Positions 27,299 through 35,767 of a stretch of DNA of 64,000 bases are shown here, piece by piece (position 1 is the stretch's first letter; each line of letters opens with the position of its first letter). Both the position numbers and the translations under genes were made by a program. The stretch covers positions 3,384 to 67,383 of the forward strand of contig CAIXUG010000086.1 of the NCBI GenBank assembly GCA_903922605.1. The letters run 5' to 3'. The DNA comes from an uncultured Verrucomicrobiota bacterium (GTDB taxonomy: Bacteria > Verrucomicrobiota > Verrucomicrobiia > Limisphaerales > UBA9464). Below the pieces are notes generated by a model that saw nothing but the letters and a program-made list of their open reading frames with translations, was not told where the DNA came from and ran no database searches.

Positions 27299-29242
27299 GT
27301 GAAACCTCCTGGAAGCCGCCCAAGCCGCCTTGTATGGCTGCTGCTATTGGCCGCCTGGTTTCCCCTGCCCGGTTTGTGGGCCGCGACCGTGACAACTGTC
27401 ACCACCAACCTTTGGTCGCTACAGCCACTCCAGCATCCGGCCATTCCGCCGGCGTCCGGTCCCAGCGAGTGGCGTAACAATCCGATTGATGCGTTTGTCG
27501 CCGACAAGCTCCGGCAACTCGGGCTGCAACCCGCTCCGCCCGCCGATCGCGGCACGCTCCTCCGACGGCTCAGCTTTGACCTGATTGGTCTGCCACCGTC
27601 GGCGGAAGAGACCGCCGCCTTCCTCCGCGACTCGCGCGGCGACGCTTACGAACGGGCCGTGGACCGCCTGTTGGCCTCCTCGCACCACGGCGAACGTTGG
27701 GCGCGCCATTGGCTGGACGTCGTGCGCTTCGGTGAATCCCAGGGTTTTGAGTACGACCGCATCCGCGAGCACGCCTGGCGGTACCGCGATTACGTGATCC
27801 AGGCCTTCAACGACGACAAGCCTTACGACCAATTCATCCGCGAACAGCTTGCTGGCGATGTGCTGCTGGAAGCAAACGCCGTGAGCGTCATCGCCACGGG
27901 TTTCCTCGTTGCCGGACCTTGGGATCAGGCCGGGCACAGTTCAGCCAGCGCGAGCGTGCGCGCGATGGTCCGCGAGGCGGAACTGGAGGACATTGTCGGC
28001 ACGGTGGCGCAGACGTTTCTGGGCGTTACGCTCAACTGCGCCCGCTGCCACAACCACAAGTTCGACCCCATCCCGCAGCGCGACTATTACCGAGTCAAAG
28101 CCGTGTTTCAGGGCGTGAACCACGGCGACCGCCATTTCCCCGGAGGCAGTACCAACGACTGGAGTTACGCGGCAAACGCCAGCCAGCCCGAGGCCACGTT
28201 CATCCTGAACCGCGGCGAGCCCGACAAACCGAAGGATCAGGTGACACCCGGGGCACTGGAGGCGCTCGCCGCCCATTCTGGCGAGCTTGGTTTGGCCGCA
28301 GATTCTCCCGAAGGCGAACGCCGCCGACGCTTCGCGGACTGGGTTGCGTCACCGGAAAACCCGCTCACCGCACGCGTCATCGTGAACCGCGTCTGGCAGC
28401 ACCATTTCGGGCGCGGGCTCGTAGCCACGCCGAACGATTTCGGGAAAATGGGCGAACCGCCTTCACATCCTGAACTGCTCGACTGGCTCTCCGCGTGGTT
28501 TGTCTCACCCGACGGCGCCAACTGGAGCCTGAAGCGGCTGCATAAGCTCATTGTCACGAGTGCCGCTTACCAGCAGTCATCAGTAATCAGTAAATCAGTG
28601 ATCAGTGAGTCGGTGACTGCCAAGCGCTCACCTGCTGGAGAACTGAATGCTGCTTCACCGATTACTGAATCACCGGCCCTCCAGCGCGATGCCGACAACC
28701 GCCTGCTTTGGCGCTTCACACCGCACCGGCTGGAAGCGGAGGAATTGCGTGACGCGCTGCTCGCACTGAGCGGCGAACTGAACCCGCAGATGGGCGGACC
28801 CGGTTTCCGTCCGTTCCGTCATGTCACCAACGGCGGCCAGAACGAATACTTCGCCTCCGATCCCGCCGGCGCGGAGTTCAACCGGCGCACCATTTACCGC
28901 ATCTCCGTACACTCCGCCCGTGATCCGCTGCTCGACTCGCTCGACTGCCCCGAATTCTCGACCCGCACACCGGTTCGTGCCAACACCACGACTCCCTTGC
29001 AGGCGTTGTCGCTGATGAACGATTCCTTTGTGCAACGGCAGGCGGCGAAGCTCGCTGAACGTGTGCAGCGCGAAGCCGGTCCAGATCTGAAATACCAGGT
29101 CGATCAGCTCTGGTTCCTCACCTTGGCCCGCGAACCGAAACCGGCGGAGCGACGCGATGCGTTGAAACTTGCCCGTGAACAGGGGATGGCGAGCGCCGCC
29201 TGGGTGCTGCTCAACTCCAACGAATTTGTCTTTGTGCGATGA
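27299..29242 (+). CDS. DUF1549/DUF1553 (PSCyt2-PSD1) protein, copy A (no large central module)
   Basis: Sec leader. Boxes [59 protein letters not shown]-terminal PSD1 boxes NRVWQHHFGRGLV...[10 protein letters not shown]...[10 protein letters not shown]. Confidence 0.9.
   Translation: MKPPGSRPSRLVWLLLLAAWFPLPGLWAATVTTVTTNLWSLQPLQHPAIPPASGPSEWRNNPIDAFVADKLRQLGLQPAPPADRGTLLRRLSFDLIGLPPSAEETAAFLRDSRGDAYERAVDRLLASSHHGERWARHWLDVVRFGESQGFEYDRIREHAWRYRDYVIQAFNDDKPYDQFIREQLAGDVLLEANAVSVIATGFLVAGPWDQAGHSSASASVRAMVREAELEDIVGTVAQTFLGVTLNCARCHNHKFDPIPQRDYYRVKAVFQGVNHGDRHFPGGSTNDWSYAANASQPEATFILNRGEPDKPKDQVTPGALEALAAHSGELGLAADSPEGERRRRFADWVASPENPLTARVIVNRVWQHHFGRGLVATPNDFGKMGEPPSHPELLDWLSAWFVSPDGANWSLKRLHKLIVTSAAYQQSSVISKSVISESVTAKRSPAGELNAASPITESPALQRDADNRLLWRFTPHRLEAEELRDALLALSGELNPQMGGPGFRPFRHVTNGGQNEYFASDPAGAEFNRRTIYRISVHSARDPLLDSLDCPEFSTRTPVRANTTTPLQALSLMNDSFVQRQAAKLAERVQREAGPDLKYQVDQLWFLTLAREPKPAERRDALKLAREQGMASAAWVLLNSNEFVFVR
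28575..28675. repeat. In-frame palindromic heptamer-lattice element, copy in DUF1553 gene A (degenerate)
   Basis: Left array tcagtaa tcagtaaa tcagtga tcagtga gtcggtga. Right arm tcaccgattactgaatcac (28655-28673) is complementary to gtgat...tcggtga (28598-28616). Encodes SSVISKSVISESV...SPITESP. Confidence 0.7.
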
Positions 29243-29739
29243 ACGTCCTGAACAACTTAGGTGAGGTCTATTCGCAAGCCCTGTTGCGGTTAAGGAACCA
29301 TTCCAACCTTCCCAACACAGGATTGCCCGAGTCCGAAAGCTGGTGCTTCACCCTTTATGCCATCGATCGTGACAAGCGCTCCATGCTACTGAACACCCTC
29401 TACAAGGCGCTAATAATGGATTTCCAAATAATCAACCTCTCGCTGAATGGCCCAACGCCTTCAGGTCCGGTCATCGATGAAAGGGCCAATCACGTCGATA
29501 GAGGTTTATCATACGCAGTCTCAGGCCTGCTGAACGGAGGCTGGCAATATCATGTGTTGTGGACTCGCCAGCAATCGTTGCCGGTGGAGTTCCTCAATGA
29601 ACTTTCTCGTTACCTGCTGCTGCTCGGCTCGGCGTGGGATTCAGTATTGGCTGGCGACATTGACAACGTCCGCGAAGAGGCGGAACGCGATTACGCTGGA
29701 AGGTTCGATGAGGATCTTCCCGAGGAGGCGCATGCTTAG
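29239..29739 (+). CDS. Orphan 166-aa hypothetical protein (low GC, no leader, acidic C-terminus)
   Basis: ATGA overlap with upstream stop and 8-nt overlap with the downstream start. First 100 nt ~50 % GC by hand count versus ~64 % in the flank. Uses tta/ata/aat/tat codons. No recognisable family. Confidence 0.5.
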   Translation: MNVLNNLGEVYSQALLRLRNHSNLPNTGLPESESWCFTLYAIDRDKRSMLLNTLYKALIMDFQIINLSLNGPTPSGPVIDERANHVDRGLSYAVSGLLNGGWQYHVLWTRQQSLPVEFLNELSRYLLLLGSAWDSVLAGDIDNVREEAERDYAGRFDEDLPEEAHA

Positions 29740-31159
29740 CCGATCTCTCAACCGCCGCCACTTCCTCTTCCGCTCCGCCTGCGGTTTCGGCGGCGTCGTG
29801 CTGGGCTGGCTGTGCGCGGAGGAGGCACGGGCGGCAGCCCTGGCTTCGCCCTATGCGCCCAAGCCGCCGATGTTTCCGGCGCGGGCCAAACGCGTCATCC
29901 ACATTTGCGCGCTCGGCGGTGTCAGCCATGTGGACACCTTTGACTACAAGCCGGAGTTGGAGCGTCGGCATGGCCAGGATTCCGGGCGCAAGTTCGACAC
30001 GTTCTTCAGCCAGCCGGGTCGACTGCTCAAAAGCCCGTTTGCCTTCCGCCAATACGGTGGCAGCGGACGCTGGGTTTCTGATTTGCTGCCCTATCTCGCG
30101 GGATGCGTGGATGACCTCACGTTCATCCACTCGATGCACAGCAAGAGTTCGAATCACACGCCGGCCACGTTCCTGATGAACTCCGGGTTCACGTTCAATG
30201 GCTTTCCCAGCGCCGGCGCCTGGGTGAGCTATGGTCTGGGCTCGGAAAACCAGAATTTGCCCGCTTACGTCGTGCTGCCCGACCCACGGCAGCTTCCGGC
30301 GGGCGGCTCCATCAATTGGACAAACGGATTCCTGCCGGCGGTGCATCAGGGCGTCGCCTTTCGCTCGGGGGAGCGGGATCCCATTCCCGATCTGGCCACA
30401 CCTTCCGACATCTCCCCTGCCCGCCGCGAAGCCAGCGTGCACCTGCTCGAGAAACTCAATGCCGCCGATGCTGCGGCCCACCCCGGTGACTCCGCCCTGG
30501 CCGCGCGCATCCGGGCCTACGAACTCGCCGCCCAGATGCAGCTCCGCGTGCCGGAATTGGTGGAACTTTCCCGCGAGACGGCCGCCACCAAATCGGCCTA
30601 CGGCCTCGACCATCCCAATGCGGCCACGGCGGGTTTTGCGCGCAACTGCTTGCTTGCGCGGCGGCTCAGCGAACGGGGGGTGCGTTTTGTGCAGATTTTC
30701 AACGGCGGCCAGTTCGGCTCCCCGCGCATCAACTGGGACGGCCACGAGGACATCGTGGAAAACCACCGCAAGCAGGCCCTGACCATGGACCAGCCGGTGG
30801 CCGCCCTGCTGCGCGACCTCAAGCAGCGCGGTCTGCTCGACGAGACCGTGGTGCTGTGGACGACCGAGTTTGGTCGCACGCCGATCACTCAGGGCATCGA
30901 TGGCAAAGGGCGCGATCACCACCAGCATGGCTTCACGATCTGGGCCGCCGGCGCGGGCCTGCAGCCTGGCCTGGCCTTCGGAGCAACGGATGAAATCGGC
31001 TACGACGCGGTCGAGAACCCGGTGGAATTCTACGACGTCCACGCCACCCTGCTCCGGTTGCTGGGCGTCGAGCACACGAAGCTCGTCTTCCGCCACAACG
31101 GCGTGGATCGCCGGCTCACCGACGTACACGGCGAAGTGGTCCAAGGAATTCTCGCATGA
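29732..31159 (+). CDS. DUF1501 protein (alkaline-phosphatase/sulfatase-superfamily-like), TAT leader, copy A
   Basis: From ATG 29732. Leader LNRRHFLFRSACGFGG. Boxes GGVSHVDTFDYKP, FIHSMHSKSSNHTPA, WTTEFGRTP, GRDHH. C-terminus [16 protein letters not shown]. Confidence 0.9.
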   Translation: MLSRSLNRRHFLFRSACGFGGVVLGWLCAEEARAAALASPYAPKPPMFPARAKRVIHICALGGVSHVDTFDYKPELERRHGQDSGRKFDTFFSQPGRLLKSPFAFRQYGGSGRWVSDLLPYLAGCVDDLTFIHSMHSKSSNHTPATFLMNSGFTFNGFPSAGAWVSYGLGSENQNLPAYVVLPDPRQLPAGGSINWTNGFLPAVHQGVAFRSGERDPIPDLATPSDISPARREASVHLLEKLNAADAAAHPGDSALAARIRAYELAAQMQLRVPELVELSRETAATKSAYGLDHPNAATAGFARNCLLARRLSERGVRFVQIFNGGQFGSPRINWDGHEDIVENHRKQALTMDQPVAALLRDLKQRGLLDETVVLWTTEFGRTPITQGIDGKGRDHHQHGFTIWAAGAGLQPGLAFGATDEIGYDAVENPVEFYDVHATLLRLLGVEHTKLVFRHNGVDRRLTDVHGEVVQGILA

Positions 31160-33849
31160 AGTGGAGTGCGCGCATGCTGGGAATGCTGTTGCTGGTGATC
31201 AGCGCGGTTTCAGCCTGCGCCGACGTCTCGACGAATGCTGACCACTGGGCCTATCGACCGCTCGCCGCCCCCCCGGTTCCAGACTTTCCGGCTGGTTCCC
31301 GGCCTTCGACGAATCCCGTCGATTCGTTCATCGCGGCGAAGCTCGCCGAACACGGTCTGACGCCGGCTCCCGAGGCCGACCGCCGCACGTTGTTGCGCCG
31401 GGTCAGCTTCGATCTCATCGGTCTGCCGCCGACACCGGAGGAACTTCGCGCCTTCCTGGCCGACACCTCCACCAATGCCTACGAGCGGGTCGTGGATCGC
31501 CTGCTCGCCTCGCCGCGTTATGGCGAGCGCTGGGCGAGGCATTGGATGGACGCCGCGCACTTCGCCGAGACTCACGGCCACGATCAGGACCGCATCCGCA
31601 CCAACGCATGGCCCTATCGCGACTACCTCATCGCCTCGTTCAACGACGACAAACCTTACACCCGCTTTGTGCGGGAACAGGTCGCTGGCGATGTGCTGTT
31701 TCCGGCCGATCCTCAAGCCACGGTAGCGCTCGGCTTCATTGCCGCCGGTCCGTGGGACGAAAGCTCCCTGCGCGACATCCGCGAAGACACCCTCGACCGC
31801 CAGGTCGCCCGCTATCTGGACCGTGACGACATGCTGACGACCGTCATGCAGACATTTGCCAGCACGACGGTCCAATGCGCACGCTGCCACGACCACAAGT
31901 TCGATCCGGTTTCCCAACGGGATTACTACGCGCTGCAGGCGGTGTTCGCCGGTGTGGACCGTGCCAACCGCGTGTTTGACGCCGACCCGCAGGTCCATGT
32001 CCGCCGGCAGGACCTCATGCGCAAGCGTCGCCGCGTGAAGCAAAACGACCGGGCGTTGCTGCTTTCGGCGGAAACCTCGCGTGCGGTCACGGAATGGGAG
32101 GAGCGCCGCGCCGCACACCCGGTCACCTGGTCAACGGTCGACGCTCAGACCTTCGTCTCGGTCGGCGGCGCGACGCTGACGAAACAGGCCGACGGTTCCC
32201 TGCTCGCCATCGGCACGCGGCCCGACCGTGATACGTACACAATCTCTGCGCGTTCCCCGCTGGCGGGGATTACCGGCATCCGCCTCGAAGTCCTGCCCGA
32301 TGCCAGCCTGCCGCACCAGGGACCGGGGCGTAACGAAAACGGCAACTTCCACCTCAGCGAGTTTCAGCTGCTCACGTTCGAGCCGGGTGCCAAAGCCGCG
32401 CGCGAAATTCCGCTGGCAAATCCCAGTGCCGATTTCGACCAGCAGGACTGGGGCATCGCCCGTGCGCTGGATGGCGACGAGAAGACGGCCTGGGGCATCC
32501 ACCCGCGCGAGGGGGAGGCCCATCAGGCGGTGTTCGAGCTGAAGGAACCGCTCGCCCTGCCTCCCGGCACGACGCTGGTGTTCGTGCTCAAGCAACTGCA
32601 CGGTGAAGGCCACCTGATTGGCCGCCCAAGACTGGCTGTCACCGATGCCCGCACTTCCCTGCGGGTGCTGCCAACGGAACTAACGGCGATTGTCGCCCTC
32701 CCCATTGCCCAGCGAACCGACGACCAGCGGGCGTTGCTCGCCGCAGACGTTCTCGGCGAACGCATCCGCCTTGACCTCGCCGCGTTACCACCGCCCTCGC
32801 TCGTCTATGCCGCTGCCAACGACTTCGAGCCCGATGCCAGCCTCAAGCCCTCGGGTGTTCCGCGCGTGGTGAATCTGTTGAAACGGGGCGAGATCACGAA
32901 GCCGATGGAGGTGATTTCTCCGGGCACCCTGTCGTGTGTGACAGCGCTCCCCGCACGCTTCGAACTCGCCGACCCGGCCGATGAAGGCGCTCGCCGGGCC
33001 GCCCTCGCAAGCTGGCTGACCGCCAAGGAGAATCCGCTGACCTGGCGCTCCATCGTGAACCGCGTCTGGCATCACCACTTTGGACGGGGGCTGGTGGACA
33101 CGCCGAACGACTTCGGCCGGATGGGCGGCACCCCGTCGCATCCTGAGCTGCTCGACTGGCTGGCCGTCTGGTTCCGCGACGATGCGAAAGGCTCCTTCAA
33201 GGAACTCCACCGCCTCCTCGTGACCAGCGCCACCTACCGTCAATCTGCCACCGTCGTAAATCGTAAATCCGAAATCGTAAATCCTCCCGACCCAGGGAAC
33301 CGCTTCCTTGCGCACATGAACCGCATCCGCCTCGACGCCGAGTGCGTCCACGATGCCGTGTTGCAGGTCAGCGGTCGGCTTGACCTGCACATGGGGGGGC
33401 CGAGCGACCGGCAGTTTGATTTGCAGCCCGGTATCCACGTCACTCCACGGGTGGACTACACCAAATTCGAGGTGGATGGCGATGCGGGTCGGCGTCGCAG
33501 TGTCTATCGCTTCCTCTTTCGTACCCTGCCCGACCCCTTCATGGAGGCGCTCGACTGTCCCGCCGGCGACCAGCTCACCCCCGCGCGCAACAACTCCGTG
33601 ACCGTCCAGCAGGCGCTCGCGCTGTGGAACAACGCGTTTGTCGCCCGCAACGCCGAACACTTCGCCGCCCGCCTGGAGCGCGAAGCGCAAACGCCTGAAG
33701 CACGGATTCGACGTGCTTTCGAACTCGTTTTTGGTCGCGAGGCCTCGGCGGAGGAACTGACCGAGTTCACCGGGCACACCCGGCAATACGGTTTGGCGAA
33801 CTGCTGCCGACTATTGTTCAATGCCAACGAGTTCGTCTTCGTCAACTGA
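31156..33849 (+). CDS. DUF1549/DUF1553 (PSCyt2-PSD1) protein, copy B, with central ~175-aa module
   Basis: Sec leader. [51 protein letters not shown]. Central GITGIRLEVLPDASLPHQGPGRNENGNFHLSEF module. C-terminal LFNANEFVFVN. Confidence 0.9.
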   Translation: MKWSARMLGMLLLVISAVSACADVSTNADHWAYRPLAAPPVPDFPAGSRPSTNPVDSFIAAKLAEHGLTPAPEADRRTLLRRVSFDLIGLPPTPEELRAFLADTSTNAYERVVDRLLASPRYGERWARHWMDAAHFAETHGHDQDRIRTNAWPYRDYLIASFNDDKPYTRFVREQVAGDVLFPADPQATVALGFIAAGPWDESSLRDIREDTLDRQVARYLDRDDMLTTVMQTFASTTVQCARCHDHKFDPVSQRDYYALQAVFAGVDRANRVFDADPQVHVRRQDLMRKRRRVKQNDRALLLSAETSRAVTEWEERRAAHPVTWSTVDAQTFVSVGGATLTKQADGSLLAIGTRPDRDTYTISARSPLAGITGIRLEVLPDASLPHQGPGRNENGNFHLSEFQLLTFEPGAKAAREIPLANPSADFDQQDWGIARALDGDEKTAWGIHPREGEAHQAVFELKEPLALPPGTTLVFVLKQLHGEGHLIGRPRLAVTDARTSLRVLPTELTAIVALPIAQRTDDQRALLAADVLGERIRLDLAALPPPSLVYAAANDFEPDASLKPSGVPRVVNLLKRGEITKPMEVISPGTLSCVTALPARFELADPADEGARRAALASWLTAKENPLTWRSIVNRVWHHHFGRGLVDTPNDFGRMGGTPSHPELLDWLAVWFRDDAKGSFKELHRLLVTSATYRQSATVVNRKSEIVNPPDPGNRFLAHMNRIRLDAECVHDAVLQVSGRLDLHMGGPSDRQFDLQPGIHVTPRVDYTKFEVDGDAGRRRSVYRFLFRTLPDPFMEALDCPAGDQLTPARNNSVTVQQALALWNNAFVARNAEHFAARLEREAQTPEARIRRAFELVFGREASAEELTEFTGHTRQYGLANCCRLLFNANEFVFVN
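33254..33284 (+). repeat. Direct heptamer array tcgtaaa/tcgtaaa/tccgaaa/tcgtaaa in DUF1553 gene B
   Basis: Four consecutive 7-nt units at 33254-33281, read in frame as VVNRKSEIVN. Same linker position (just after TSATYRQS) as the palindromes in A, C and D. Confidence 0.8.
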
Positions 33850-33863
33850 ACCTCCAGCCTGCC

Positions 33864-35318
33864 ATGCGCCCCTTTCACTCCGCCTTCCCTTCGCGCCGCG
33901 AATTCCTCTGGCGTTTCGGCGGTGGGCTGGGCGGTGCGGCACTCGCTCAGATGCTCGGGACGAACCGCCTATTGGCGTCGGACGCTGCGGTCCACTCGAC
34001 ACAAGGTATCCTGAGCGGAGGGCTACACCATGCCCCGCGGGCGAAGCGCGTCATCCAGCTCTTCATGAATGGCGGCGCGAGCCAGATGGACCTGTTCGAC
34101 TACAAGCCGGCGCTGTTTCGCCGCGCCGGCGAGGCCTTCAATCCCGGTGCGGGCGAACACGTCGAGGCTCCGACCAGTGAGCCCGGCAAGGTGCTCAAGC
34201 CGCCCTTCGAATTCCGCCAGCATGGGCAGTCCGGTCGCTGGGTGAGCAGTCTGCTGCCGCACCTCGCGGGCTGCGTGGACGACCTCGCCTTCCTCATGGC
34301 GATGCAGTCGCGGACGAACGTCCACGGTCCGGGCAGCTACCTGATGAACACGGGATTCCTGCTGCCGGGCTTCCCCTGCCTCGGGGCCTGGGTGAGCTAC
34401 GCGTTGGGCAGCGAGTGCGACAACCTGCCGACCTTCGTGGTGCTGCCGGACACCAAGGGACTGCCCTACAACCAAAAGGGCAACTTCAGCGCCGGTTTCC
34501 TGCCGGTCGCGAACCAGGGCACCATCATCCAGACCGCTTCAGCGACACCCATCGCCGACCTGCGTCCGCCTGCTTCCGCCGGCTACATCACACCCGAGGC
34601 GGACCGCGCAGGACTGGACCTGCTGCGCCAGCTGAACCGCCAGCATCTCGCCGCGAACGACGGCGATGCACGGCTCGAGGGGCGCATCCAGTCGTACGAG
34701 CTCGCTGCAAAGATGCAGCTCAGCGCGCCGGAGGTCTTCGCACTCGACGGCGAGACCGAGGCCACGCGTCAGCTCTACGGTCTCGGCGAAAAGACGACCG
34801 AGGATTTCGGCCGCCGCTGCCTGCTCGCACGGCGACTGGTTGAGCGCGGCGTGCGTTTTGTGCAGGTGTGGAGCGGTGCCGGCGGCCCGACCAACAACTG
34901 GGACAACCACGCCAACATCGAAAAGGAGCTTCCTCCGATGTGCGCCGCCACGGACCGGCCCATCGCCGCCTTGCTCAAGGATCTCAAGGCCCGGGGTCTG
35001 CTCGATGACACCCTTGTGCTGTGGACGACCGAGTTCGGCCGGATGCCCTTCTCGCAAAGCGGCAGCGGACGCGACCACAACGGGGGTACCTTTGTCGGCT
35101 GGATGGCGGGAGGCGGCGTGAAACCCGGCGTGGCCTACGGTGAAAGCGACGAATGGTCGTGGAAGGCCGCCCACAACCCGGCCACGAACTACGATTTCCA
35201 CGCCACGGTCCTGCACCTGTTGGGTCTCGACCATGCCCGGCTTACCTTTCGCCATGACGGATCCAACCGCCGTCTCACCGACGTGCATGGCGAAGTCATT
35301 CACGAAATTGTCACATGA
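33864..35318 (+). CDS. DUF1501 protein, TAT leader, copy B
   Basis: Leader SRREFLWRFGGGLGG. GGASQMDLFDYKP, WTTEFGRMP, GRDHN. C-terminus [16 protein letters not shown]. Confidence 0.9.
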   Translation: MRPFHSAFPSRREFLWRFGGGLGGAALAQMLGTNRLLASDAAVHSTQGILSGGLHHAPRAKRVIQLFMNGGASQMDLFDYKPALFRRAGEAFNPGAGEHVEAPTSEPGKVLKPPFEFRQHGQSGRWVSSLLPHLAGCVDDLAFLMAMQSRTNVHGPGSYLMNTGFLLPGFPCLGAWVSYALGSECDNLPTFVVLPDTKGLPYNQKGNFSAGFLPVANQGTIIQTASATPIADLRPPASAGYITPEADRAGLDLLRQLNRQHLAANDGDARLEGRIQSYELAAKMQLSAPEVFALDGETEATRQLYGLGEKTTEDFGRRCLLARRLVERGVRFVQVWSGAGGPTNNWDNHANIEKELPPMCAATDRPIAALLKDLKARGLLDDTLVLWTTEFGRMPFSQSGSGRDHNGGTFVGWMAGGGVKPGVAYGESDEWSWKAAHNPATNYDFHATVLHLLGLDHARLTFRHDGSNRRLTDVHGEVIHEIVT

Positions 35319-35767
35319 AAACTGTCCTCCCGCTCCTTGCCTGCGCCCTGCTGGCCGTCGGCTGCCGTCATCTGACACCGGCATGGCAGATCGATTCCGG
35401 GGCCGAGGTCCGCGCCGTGATCGACCAGCAGCTGGCAGACTGGAACGCCGGCGACATCAACGGCTTCATGCGCGGCTACTCAAAGTCCTCCTCGACGCGC
35501 TTTGCCTCGGGCGACGACGTGACGCGCGGCTGGCGGACTGTGTTTGACCGTTACGTGGCCCACTACGGCAATCGCGCCGCGATGGGCAAGCTGACGTTCT
35601 CGGAATTGGAAATCACCCCGCTCTCGGCGGAGAGCATCGAGGTCTTCGGCCACTGGCGGCTGGAACGCGAAAAGGATTCGCCGCACGGCCTCTTCACGCT
35701 GCTGTTTCGCAGGACGGCGAGTGGCTGGCGGATCGTCCACGATCACACGTCCGCGGCAACGCCATGA
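35315..35767 (+). CDS. Small lipoprotein, DUF4440/SnoaL-like (NTF2 fold) candidate
   Basis: Lipobox LLAVGC. AVIDQQLADWNAGDINGFMRGY...FGHWRLERE...FTLLFRRTASGWRIVHDHTS resembles the NTF2-like DUF4440 pattern. ATGA overlaps at both ends. Confidence 0.65.
   Translation: MKTVLPLLACALLAVGCRHLTPAWQIDSGAEVRAVIDQQLADWNAGDINGFMRGYSKSSSTRFASGDDVTRGWRTVFDRYVAHYGNRAAMGKLTFSELEITPLSAESIEVFGHWRLEREKDSPHGLFTLLFRRTASGWRIVHDHTSAATP

Noticed and set aside
29594-31144. 516-aa minus-strand ORF opposite DUF1501 copy A. Similar long antisense ORFs lie opposite the other array genes (31210-32118, 32785-33786, 34539-35384, 36091-37122, 39117-39800, 42577-43299, 44312-45958).
   Set aside because: All are antisense to frames with strong, four-fold repeated family motifs. 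Their composition is typical of GC-rich shadow frames.
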